Assembly: GCA_002269645.1 (NCBI GenBank)
Contig: NIVC01000146.1
Location: 62,001-126,000 of the forward strand
Direction: 5' to 3'
DNA: 64,000 nucleotides
Source of the DNA: Macrostomum lignano
Lineage: Eukaryota
How positions within the stretch are numbered: the first letter of the stretch is position 1; each line of letters opens with the position of its first letter. The translations under genes were made by a program, and so were the position numbers. The notes beneath the pieces were generated by a model. It ran no database searches and had not been told where the DNA came from. It saw only the letters and a program-made list of their open reading frames with translations. Positions 23,101 to 35,100 of this stretch are shown piece after piece.

Positions 23101-26100
23101 ATAAATTAACAAGATAATGCACTGTGGAAATAATCATAACTCGATTTTTTATTTCTCTTCTGTTTATGAAAACTGAATTGCATCAATTAGCCTTCTTTAA
23201 CATTATAAAAAAGTTATTAACTATAAAACATATTACTTATAAATAAAAATAACATAATGACCTTTATATAAGTTTATTTACCAGTAGATTTTGTTCTCTG
23301 CAGATCTTTCTGCTTTAATGAAGTTTGCTTATAATACAAAAAATATAATATCATTATAACAAATTCTGCCATTAAAGCTTCTGATATTAGAGCAAAACAG
23401 AGTTATATTATGCCTACTTCTCTCTATTCTTGATCTTGTATAGTTTGTAGATTAAATCATACTGAATTAGTATTAAAACAGACTTACCGCTTGAGCAAAT
23501 CTCCTCCTGTAGTTCTAAATGCAAAACCTGGCAAGGAAACCAATGCAGACCAGAGCTCACTCTCCCAAAAATTAAAATTTTGTTTGAAAAATGAATTTTA
23601 TAAAATTTGAAAATCAAACTACAGTCAGTCCTAACTATTAGATAAGTAGCTAGTGATGATTGGCTAGTAAGTTTCCACTCCAGATTCTGCATATAAAACT
23701 CCATGGTCTCCATTAATTTCATAATTATCGCTAACAGCTTTTGCGCCCATAAAATTGAATTGAATTAATTCATCCGATCATCATATTGTCTCGTGAAAGT
23801 CTCGTGATTTTCGCAAAATTACTTAATTCCCTCTCTTATATGTCTGTCTATTTGTTAGTGTATGTAAGAGCAAGCCAATAATCAATTTAAATATAGAAAT
23901 TCAAGAAAATCAATTCAAATCAAGAATTGTCAATAGCAGCGCTGACTGAAGCCCAAGTTACAAATGCTGTTTATAGTGCTGGTCACTGTGTATATTTGTG
24001 TGGAATTCTTAACACGGCGCTATATTCCTTGTAAGTGTTATTTATAACAAACTGTCTTCTAAACTGGTCAAGGCTTTCTGCGATACATATATATATATAA
24101 ATAACAAGTTTGGTGTTATAATATATATATATATATATTATACGTGATAGCGTTAAAGTGCAATTGCGAGATGAGTAGTGCTCACTTTTATAGCTTAAAA
24201 AAACTTAAAAGATGTAAAAGATGCTAATATTTAAATCTTGTTTCCTTAACTACTCCAAAGAATTTCAAGAAACTTTTCTTTGTTAAGATTACGATGAATT
24301 TTCTTACAAAACTGTCTCAGATTGCAATTTGTTATTCTCATGCCATCACCCCGCCGCAGGAGGTGCTTGTGGGCCTCAGCGTCCGGCGCGGCTGCCGCGG
24401 CTGGAGTCCGGGCTACCAGCCCGAGCTCGTCTGCCTGCTTGGCTCCACCAACCCGGATGCGCCTCCGCCTCCCGTCACTTGCGCCAGATTCTCGCCCGAC
24501 TATCAGATGTGAGTGAGAACTGCAATTTGGTGCAAACTGGGAGCATTCTGGGCTGAGCTTATATCAACACTAATGGATATCAACACACTGAAGTGTCAGC
24601 ACTAACGTTAATTAACACACTGAAGTGTCAGCACTAGCGTTAGTTAACACATTGAAGTGTCAGCACTAACGTTAGTTAACACACTAAAGTGTCAGCACTT
24701 CCGTTGGTTAAAACACTGAAGTGTCAGCACTAGCGTCAGTTCACACACTGACAGTGTCAGCACTAATTAAAGCATGTATAGTATTCCATAATCACTACAT
24801 CCCATTCTACTATTCCAGTCTAGCCATTGGAAACGAGAACGGAGTGGGTCTGGTAGACTTGGTCCAAGCCTGCGTCCTACTGACTCTATGCACCCCTGAC
24901 TTGTACGGTACGTGTGCCATTGCTTGCAAATCTTACGCGCACATGAATTCTGCGTCTCTTGAAAGTTTCACCAGCTCGGAATTGCATTTCGTTCAGGACC
25001 CTTGGGCTGGTTACTTTAATCCGAAGCCTCACAAAGAATGATTATGCAAATCAGAAGCCTCACAAAGATCGGCACAAAGATCGTCCGGGCTTGTGAAATT
25101 TCGATTCCCAAAGATGTCCTCAACGCATCTCCTCATGCTTGCAGGGTCCGTTGATCCGCATTCAAGGAATCCCCGTTCGCCGATGTCCCGCAAGGAAGAC
25201 CGGCAGCAGAGCACTGAGCAGGTGAGCAGCGCTGTCTAGGTCTGCTAAACACAAAAACTGCATAGAATTGTTAGCCTCGTGCTTTATCTCATTTTTAAAC
25301 TATTTTCCTTGAATTTTTAAGAGAATCCAGTGTAACTCCTCTATATTATAACTTCATATTTGCAGCAGAAAGAATTGCATGTCACCTACTTGCTCCTAAC
25401 TCAGTTTTGCATGCTAACTTTTAATACTTGCATTATGTATTAGGGAAGCAAGACAAAGTTATTCGGTAAGGCGCGAGTGCATGCCATTGTTGGTTTGGGT
25501 TCTCCTAAAAACAACATACGAAGTTATAGAATTCGCCCCACACAGCCTCCACTAGTGTGCGAATCCACATCCCCCAAGCTAACAGGTCTCATATTGATAC
25601 TTCAAGCTAAACTAGAAGCCAACCATTAACTTCACTGAATTCCTAGCTGTTTGGAGTTGCTTCTTTGCAAGCCCCTACAACCCCTACAACCCCCTACTAC
25701 CCCCAACCCAGTCCAACCGCCCGCACAACCCCCCTACAACCCCACCCCAGTCCAACCGGCCGCACACCCCTAAAACCCCCACCCCAGTCCTACCGCCCGC
25801 ACAACCCCCCTACAACCCCACCCCAGTCCAACCGCCCGCACAACCCCCCTACAACCCCCACCCCAGTCCAACCGCCCGCACAACCCCCCTACAACCCCCA
25901 CCCCAGTCCAACCGCCCGCACAACCCCCCTACAACCCCACCCCAGTCCAACCGCCCACACAACCCCCCTACAACCCCCACCCCAGTCCAACCGCCCGCAC
26001 AACCCCCCTACAACCCCACCCCAGTCCAACCGCCCGCACGACCCCCCTACAACTACAACCCCACAATCTCCACATTCCCGGATGAACTGGACCCCAGTTC

Positions 26101-29100
26101 ATCACTTGCACGAACCTCAAAAGTTGCTCTTATTTTAGAGCGATGCAATAAATGATCAGAATAAAGTTTTAGTTTAAGCTTGAACTTATCCATATTAGCT
26201 GTTTTAAGTTCAAATTAAAGCACAGGAAGAACTTTACTTTGGTCGCGCACACACCGCCAGTGCTTGCACCACTCGCTCTCCATCGGAGCCTGGGGGACGC
26301 CAACGATGAAGCGGCGTCCGCTGCGGAATCTGCGCTGCGATATGAAGGCAAAATCATGCCTGAACATCGACTTGAGACCGACTGAGGTACAGAGCGAAAT
26401 GGATCGAGAGAGCATTGGGCGCAGAAATAGAGATTTACCGTAACCCAGGATTGACAGAGCAGAGACAGGGATCGGTCAGCATTCCATCACTAAACTGACA
26501 AAATTGACAATTTCTCACCTTCTAGACTTTGACGATGCGAGTAAAGCTGGAAAAAATTATCAAAAAGTTTTATGAATGATTAAACACATAATATTAACAA
26601 AACTGACGAGCCAGCTTGGTGTGGCTTCATTTGCTATCCGGTAGTCTACAATGTGAGGAACTTGTCAATTTAAGGCCAGTTAATCTCTTTATGAGATCTA
26701 CTACTGAGTAAGTAGCAAATGAGAACATACAGCAGCTTTTAATCGCTGAATTTTATAAATATCCACTGGCACATCCGCCTCAAGCACTCTTCTTAGTTTA
26801 CTAATCCGGAACTAAACTCCATTTAAAAAAAGCTGATTAAAGACTTGCTTAGCTAGCCCTGTAAACCTGGGCACAGATGTCGGTCTTGTGAACCGATATT
26901 AACTCTCAGATTTTAATCTCTTTACGGAGCTGCTGATTCGCTTTGAAAACTTGAGAATGGAGATTTTGGAATCCTACATTACACACGCGTGCTTGATGAG
27001 ACACAGGAATCGAGTCAGTCCTACAGTCGGTCTAAATATTTACCCCGTTTCCAAAGGAAATCCCGTTGCCGAAGGAATCACGTTTCCAAGGGAAATCCAA
27101 TTTCCGAGGGAAATCCTGTTTCCAAGGGAAATCCCATTTCCAAGGGAAATCCCATTTCCAAGGGAAATCCCATTTCCAAGGGAAATCCCATTTCCAAGGG
27201 AAATCCCATTTCCAAGGGAAATCCCATTTCCAAGGGAAATCCCATTTCCAAGGGAAATCCCATTTCCAAGGGAAATCCCATTTCCAAGGGAAATCCCATT
27301 TCCAAGGGAAATCCTATGAAATCCAATTTGCAAGGCGAATCCCATTTACTAAGGAAATCCCGTTTCTAAAGGAAATCCCGATTTCAAGGGAAATCCCGTT
27401 TCCGAAGAAAATCCCGTTTCCAAGGGAAATCCCGTTTCTAGGGACTTAAAATTGTCAAAATTGTTTAGATAAATCGATTCTCTACAATTGAATTGTTTAC
27501 TGATTGCTATAAAGCTTTACTCAAAAACGCAGATGTCTTATCCAATAGCATCTTTTTTTCTTTCGACATCGAAGCTCACCATCGCTCTAACATCACCCGA
27601 GGCAGTACAGCCAAGCCGAATGCAATATTTCCTATCTTAATATTAATAGTGCTTCTCTCTGTACTCGCTACGGTTTTGTCGCATAATAATTTAATTACAA
27701 TGCGAGCTACAATCATTTTGTTAATTTTTTCAAATCAATTTAAATTACCAATACAGTTAACAATTTTCCTAACCGTAGATTGACGCCTCGAGCAATACTG
27801 TTTTATTAAACTTGTTTTGTTTTAATTGAAACTAAAACGAGTTTTGTGCGCACTGAATTTCTCCGGAAAAATAACGGCGCATTGTCCGCCTGCTCAAAAC
27901 CCTACATTTTCTCTCTTCTTCTTCTTTAACCAATAACCAACCATGGGAGCAGCACGAGGAGAGCGGCCGGGCGAAGTCCAGATGGCTGTCGCTCGTCACC
28001 AAGGCGTCCAAGGTCAGGCCCCATGCTGCATCGCTGCTTGGCTAAGAGAGCCTTCCTTATCCCCCCAGAAAATTGCCTTTTTTGTGCTTTGTTTGCTCCA
28101 TTGATTCGGTTCCCGCGTGTGAATAATGGGGGTTTCGGGTGCCAACTCTGATCGGATGCTGGCAGCTCCGTACTTTGCAAATTGAATTATGAGCAGTGTA
28201 TATTAAATAGTAATTGTCATTTCCTACCCATGTGACTTATGAGCACACTATCACTTTGAACTCGGATTTTTTAACTGCCAAGTTTTTTTAAAAATAATTG
28301 TTGAAACCCCGAACTGTCCTCTACCAGCTGTTCAGTGCATTGTGCAACTTGTCACTCATGCCGTGTGCGTCAATTTGAACCAAAGTCAAAATGTGTTAGA
28401 GACCTGCATGGCCAGGCAGTATCGTCAGTCCATTAAACATGCAAAACATTTTAATTTTTTTGCTTACCATTCGACACTCCAAAACCACAGAGCTCCAAAT
28501 TCATTCCGCTTCATATTGAAATCCCATTTTTCCCCAAGTCCCAAATCCAAGATTGTATAGCCAGGGAATCACCCCCTGTGTTCGGTCTTTGCTATTGGCA
28601 GCCAGCAAGTCCTGTTTTTTGGTCAATTCCCTGCCACTATGTTGTATTTTTCCGAACCCAAAAAAATTCCCGTAATCATTGGGATTCCCCCCTAGAGGGA
28701 TTCCCCGTAGCCATGGTGATTCTGTGCAGCAATAGGGAATCCCTCATTCTTGTAACCAAGGAGCTATCGGAATTCCCGAAACCATAGGGATTTTCCAGTA
28801 ACCATGGGATTCCCCGTAGCCATGGTGATTCTGCGCAACTCTGGGGAATCCCTCATTCTTGTAACCATGGAGCTATCGGAATTCCCGGAACCATAGGGAT
28901 TCCCCAGTAACCATGGGATTCCTCATAGCCATGGCGATTGTGTGCAGCAATAGGGAATCCCTCATTCTTGTAACCATGGAGCTATCGGAATTCCCGGAAC
29001 CATAGGGATTCCCCAGTAACCATGGGATTCCCCGTAGCCATGGTGATTCTGCGCAACCTGGGAAATCCCTCATTCTCGTAGCCATGGAGATTGCCGCCAT

Positions 29101-32100
29101 AGCTACGAGGATTCCCGTAAACATAGGGAATTCCCCGGTAACCATATGAATTCCCCAAGTAGCTCGTATCTATGAGGATTCCCCTATTTGGAAAACCCCT
29201 CGCTTGGTGCACAAGAATTCCCCAATCGCACAGCAATCAATCAACCGTCCTCCTCACCAGTGCCATCGCCTTCTACTCAAATTTGTTGCAGTCGAAGCAG
29301 ACGAAGAAGCAACGGACGCAGGCCAAATGGCACTGCATTGTCGACAAGGCAGCCCAGGTGGGCCGGCGCCTCTCACTCTCGCTCTCTCCTTTCTCTCTCT
29401 CTCTTTCCGTCTCAAATTCGCAGCTTTTCTCAAGTCTTTCCTATGATTTTCAAGATTTTTAAATTTTCTACATAAAGTCTGACGTAAACATCTCGCATAA
29501 ATGCGGGATGATATCGCATCGCGACCGAGTTTGTATCTTGAGTCTGACAGTCACCCCCCAATAGGATAACAAGCAGAGCTTTGAACACCAGCCAGAAATT
29601 TGCGTGCGTTTTCTTCCCCGTTTTGGCACCGCCATTGTCGCTCACCGCGTGACTCCCTCAGTCCTCGTAACTAATTTACTGCCTAATTAGCTAATTTCCA
29701 ACCATGCTGTATACACTCCAGATTAACATGAGTGCAGATTCGTAAGGTTGAAATTTACACAAGTTGTAGATTTACAAAGTTCTAGCTTAGGAAATAAATA
29801 GATCAACCAGGTTCTAGATAAACCAGGTTCTAGATTAACCAGGTTCTAGATCAATCAGGTTCTAGATAAACCAGGTTCTAGATTAGCCGGGTTCTAGATT
29901 AACCAGGTTCTAGATTAGCCGGGTTCTAGATTAACCAGGTTCCAGATCAACCAGGTTCTAGATTAACCAGGTTCTAGATCAAACAGGTTTTAGATTACAT
30001 AGGTTCTAGATCAACCGGGTTCTAGATTAATCTGGTTCTAGATTAACCAGGTTCTAGATCAACCAGGTTTTAGATCAACCGGGTTCTAGATCAAACAGGT
30101 TTTAGATCAACCGGGTTCTAGATTAATCTGGTTCTAGATTAACCAGGTTCTAGATCAACCAGGTTTTAGATCAACCGGGTTCTAGATTAGCCGGGTTCTA
30201 GATTAACCAGGTTCCATATCAACCAGGTTCTAGATCAACCAGGTTCTAGATTAATCAGGTTCTAGATCAAACAGGTTTTAGATCAACCGGGTTCTAGGTT
30301 AGCCAGGTTTCAAATTAACCAGGTTCTAGATCAACCTGGTTCTAGATTAACCAGGTTCTAGACTAATTAGGTTATATATTAACCAGGTTCTAGATTAACT
30401 AGATTATACTGACCAGATTATAAATTAACCAGATCCTATATTAGTAAATTCTACAAGTTATACTAGATTTACAACGACACTATAACTTTCGGTTGCACAT
30501 TGGATGCCGAATGCATCGGTAAAGTCTTATCTAGCTAAACTGTTGATATTCAACTCATGATCTCCGCTATGCGTTGTGCCAATTAAATCGCCCACTACCT
30601 TAGCCCAGGCTGCTAGGCTAATAAACTCTCTAACCCTCCGGTCAGAGCCCTGCTGTCTGACTCCCTAAGCCTCCGCAACAGTCCGCACGCTTTTTCTGCA
30701 GGGACTGTAGAGTGGCTTTTGCCATAGACAGCTGATCAGCCCCTCTATAATGACGAGCTTTTTGTGTTGTCTACTCCCTCCCCACTCAAAGCAATTGCAT
30801 TGCAATGGATCAGTCAGCATAAACACTGTGCATGACAATCTCTAGAGAATATCAAATGTTAGGGCTGCAATGTTCAAGTTGAAGAATCAGCAATGATTCA
30901 TTTTTGCTGTTCCAGTGCGTTTCACTTGATCATTAATCAGGGCTGTCAGTCGAACACAACAGTGAATTCTTAGAACTGCCGCTCTATACTTCAGTTCCCT
31001 AATCCAGCCCCATTTATCCCCTCCAGATGAACGGCATGTCAGCCGGCAGCGGCGGCGGCGGCGGCGGCGGCGGAGGCGGCCGGTTCACCCGGCGCACGGA
31101 CACCGTCAGCTCATCGTCGGCGTCTTCCTCCGCGGCGGCGGCAGCGGCGGCGGCAGCAGCGGCAGCGTCGTCCGGCCCGGCCGGCACCCGCAGCGCGGAC
31201 CTGATGCGGGCCCGCAGCCAAGGTCAGGCCGTTGGCAGGGCCGCTAGGGGGTCCTCGCAGCTGAGTCCCGGCGGCGGTGCTGGCGGCAGCTGCATCTCCA
31301 CCGCCCGTAGTTTAGAGGAGCCGCCCTCGTCGATGCAGGGCGGGCCGGCCGGCACCTCGAATTCCTTGGCCGCGCCGTCCCCCTTCGCCGGCAGGCTGAG
31401 CAGCCACGCCTCGCTAGGTTGTGAACGGACGACGGAGGCCCCGTCCCAGAATTCCTCATTTACTTCTGTGCCTCTCGTTTCCTTCAGCTTTCGCTTGTTT
31501 TCGCGCCGCGTTTGTCGTCACGTCCGGTCCGTCGGTCACCGTCCGTGTCAGCGTTCTGTCGTCACTTTTGGCGTTCCGCTCGTTTTGTCCGCCTCCGCGC
31601 ACGATCGCCTTCTGGCTCGGCCAACCCGCCCGCCGCGCCTTGTTTTTTTAGTTGGACCCCCGGGGTGGCTCCTGGGCTGTTTGCGCTTATTTTATTGCTT
31701 TCGTTTTCGTTTCTCGCTACTTATTTAGTAGACGGGCTATTTGCACTTGGGCTGAAAAATGAAATGTCTTGTGCTCAGCAGAGATAGGGTTGGGGATTAG
31801 GGGTAGGGTTGGGGATTAGGGAGCAGGTTGGGGATTAGGGGTAGGGTTGGGAATTAGGGGTAGGGTTGGGGATTAGGGATAGAGTTGGGGATTAGGGGTA
31901 GGGTTGGGAATTAGGGGTAGGGTTGGGGATTAGGGATAGAGTTGGGGATTAGGGGTAGGTTGGTGATTATGAATAGGATTGGGGTGGTTGGGGATTAGGG
32001 ATAGGATTGGGGATTAGGGATAGGGTTGGGGATTAGGAATAGGGTTGGGGATTGGGTTAGGGTTGGGGATTAGGGATATAGTTGGGGATTAGGGATAGGG

Positions 32101-35100
32101 TTGGGGATTAGGGATAGGGTTGGGGATTAGGGATAGGGTTGGGGATTGGGTTAGGGTTGGGGATTAGGGATATAGTTGGGGATTAGGGATAGGGTTGGGG
32201 ATTAGGGATAGGGTTGGGGATTAGGGATAGGGTTGGGGATTGAGTTAGGGTTGGGGATTAGGGATATAGTAGGGGATTAGGGATATAGTTGGGGATTAGG
32301 GATAGGGTTGGGGATTAGGGATAGGGTTGGGGATTAGGGATAGGGTTGGGGATTAGGGATAGGGTTGGGGATTGAGTTAGGGTTGGGGATTAGGGATATA
32401 GTTGGGGATTAGGGATAGGGTTGGGGATTAGGAATAGGGTTGGGGATTGGGTTAGGGTTGGGGATTAGGGATATAGTTGGGGATTAGGGATAGGGTTGGG
32501 GATTAGATATGGGGGATTTATCAGGATATATAAAATGCAGTGGATTTTTTCCAAAATCCTTTTTTAATGAAAAAAACGAAGTTTCAAATTTTAAGTTATG
32601 TAAAAGAAGAACCTCACGAATCTTGGTGCAATTATTCTCTTCGTCAGCCAGGGCAGTGAGGTTGAAATCAAATTGAGGACGAGTTCTCACCTAATTAAAT
32701 TCCATTTCTTGTTTCCGTATGTTACCCGAGCTTTTAAGTGTTGACTGGCTACTTTGCCCAAAGTAAATGTTGTGCGAAGCATTTCGCTATTATTTAGGAG
32801 ATTGAAGTTGCAACATTTGACAGAAATTCGAAGTACAAACCCAAGTTCAACTCAACTGGCCACTTTTTTACTGCAGAGAAGCCAGAGAACTTCTCAAGAT
32901 CCTGCAGCTCCAGCACCAGCAGCCTCGACCCCAGCAAGGAGTCCGTGCTGTTTTTGGCCTTTGCCGACACCTTCGCCAGGAAGTCAGGTGAGGGACTGGA
33001 GGGAGCGGCAGTTTAGGACTGGAGGGAGCGGCAGTTCAGGACTGGAGGGAGCGGCAGTTCAGGACTGGAGGGAGCGGCAGTTCAGGACTGGAGGGAGCGG
33101 CAGTTCAGGATCAGGACTGGAGGGAGCGGCAGTTCAGGATCAGGACTGGAGGGAGCGGCAGTTCAGGATCAGGACTGGAGGGAGCGGCAGTTCAGGACTG
33201 GAGGGAGCGGCAGTTCAGGACTGGAGGGAGCGGCAGTTCAGGACTGGAGGGAGCGGCAGTTCAGGACTGGAGGGAGCGGCAGTTCAGGACTGGAGGGAGC
33301 GGCAGTTCAGGACTGGAGGGAGCGGCAGTTCAGGACTGGAGGAGCGGCAGTTCAGGACTGGAGGGAGCGGCAGTTCAGGACTGGAGGGAGCGGCAGTTCA
33401 GGACTGGAGGGAGCGGCAGTTCAGGACTGGAGGGAGCGGCAGTTCAGGACTGGAGGGAGCGGCAGTTCAGGACTGGAGGGAGCGGCAGTTCAGGACTGGA
33501 GGGAGCGGCAGTTCAGGACTGGAGGGAGCGGCAGTTCAGGACTGGAGGGAGCGGCAGTTCAGGACTGGAGGGAGCGGCAGTTCAGGACATGCACTACAAC
33601 AAGAACCCTGCACATTGCAGACGCTCAGGCAACGCCCTGCCTGTGGGTCGGCACCTCCGTGGGCTCGGTGTTCATCCTGAACCTGCAGGTCCCGGAGGCC
33701 CGCACCACCCAGCCAGTGATCGTGTCTCCCAGCGGCACCGTGTTCCACCTGCTCGGCTCCGTGCAGGACGTCTCCTTCCTCAACTCCATCATCCCGCCAA
33801 CTCCTCCATCGTCGGCGGCTGGAGGCTCCGGCGGAGATGCGGCTGCCGCGGAAGCGGACGCGGACGCTCAGGGCTCCTGGGCCGCCGCCCGACAGCCGCT
33901 TCAGCAGCCACCGGCGGGTCGGCGAGCTGCCAATCTGGCCAGCCAGCAGCGCGGCAGCTCCGCCAGCTCCCTGACGCGGCAGTCGACAACCAGCAGCATC
34001 TCCGGCAGCGGCGGCGGTGGCGGCAGCGGTGGCGGTGGCGGCAGCGGCGGGGGCAGCGGTGAAGATCGTCAGTTGGTGTGCCTCTGCTCTGAGAAGCAGG
34101 TGAGCCATCATCGAGGACTCAGTTCTGCTTTGGTCTGCTTGGACAGCACCAGCTTCACCGCCATCACCTCAAAGCGTCGGACATCCGACACCTCCGACAC
34201 ATCCAACACCTCCGACATCTCCGACACATCCAACACTTCCGACACCTCCGACACATCCAACACCTCCGACACCTCCGACACATCTAACACTTCCGACACC
34301 TCCGACACCTCCGACCCCTCCGACACCTCCGACCCTCCGACACCTCCGACACATCGAACACCTCCGATCCGTCCGACACCTCCGACCCCTCCGACACCTC
34401 CGACACCTCCGACACATCCAACACCTCCGACACCTCCGACACATCCAACACCTCCGACACCTCCGACACCTCCGACACATCCAACACCTCCGACATCTCC
34501 GACCCCTCCGACACCTCCGACCCCTCCGACACCTCCGACATCTCCGACACCTCCGACACCTCCGACACATCCAACACTTCCGACACCTCCGACACATCCA
34601 ACATCTCCGACACCTCCGACACATCCAACACCTCCGACATCTCCGACACCTCCGACACCTCCGACACATTCAACACTTCCGACACCTCCGACACATCCAA
34701 CACTTCCGACTACTTCAACAACTAATACCAAACACTCCGACATGTGAAACATCTCCGCGACCCAAACGCCGCCAGGTTCGCGTGGTCGGCCTGCCATCGC
34801 AGACCTGCTACTCGGAGAAGAAGCTGACAGAGACGTCAAACGTCGTCCGCGCCAGCGTTCCGACAATCCTCGGCGCCCCGTGCCTCGTCTGCCTTCTTGG
34901 CAACGGCCACCTCATCGCCAACTCGCTGCCCAGCCTGCGGCCGCTGATGGACGTTGACTACATGCCGCTTGTGGACTTCAGGTGCCAACTGGTTTATGGT
35001 TTTGTCTGGCCAATTTTTCTATTTTGAATCAAAGCGTCATTACAAAATCAAAGAGTCATTTCCAAAGTTAAAGCGCCATTTTCCAAAATTAAAGCGCCAT

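Noticed and set aside
27050-27440. GGGAAATCCC in each unit is a perfect NF-kB consensus site
   Set aside because: It is a short palindrome inside a minisatellite, with similar cores in other arrays and no evidence of regulatory use.
33659-34747. 362-aa ORF with a Pro/Thr-rich tail
   Set aside because: It is tomosyn exon 33621-34099 read through its donor into the 9-bp intronic array; the conserved protein resumes at 34776.
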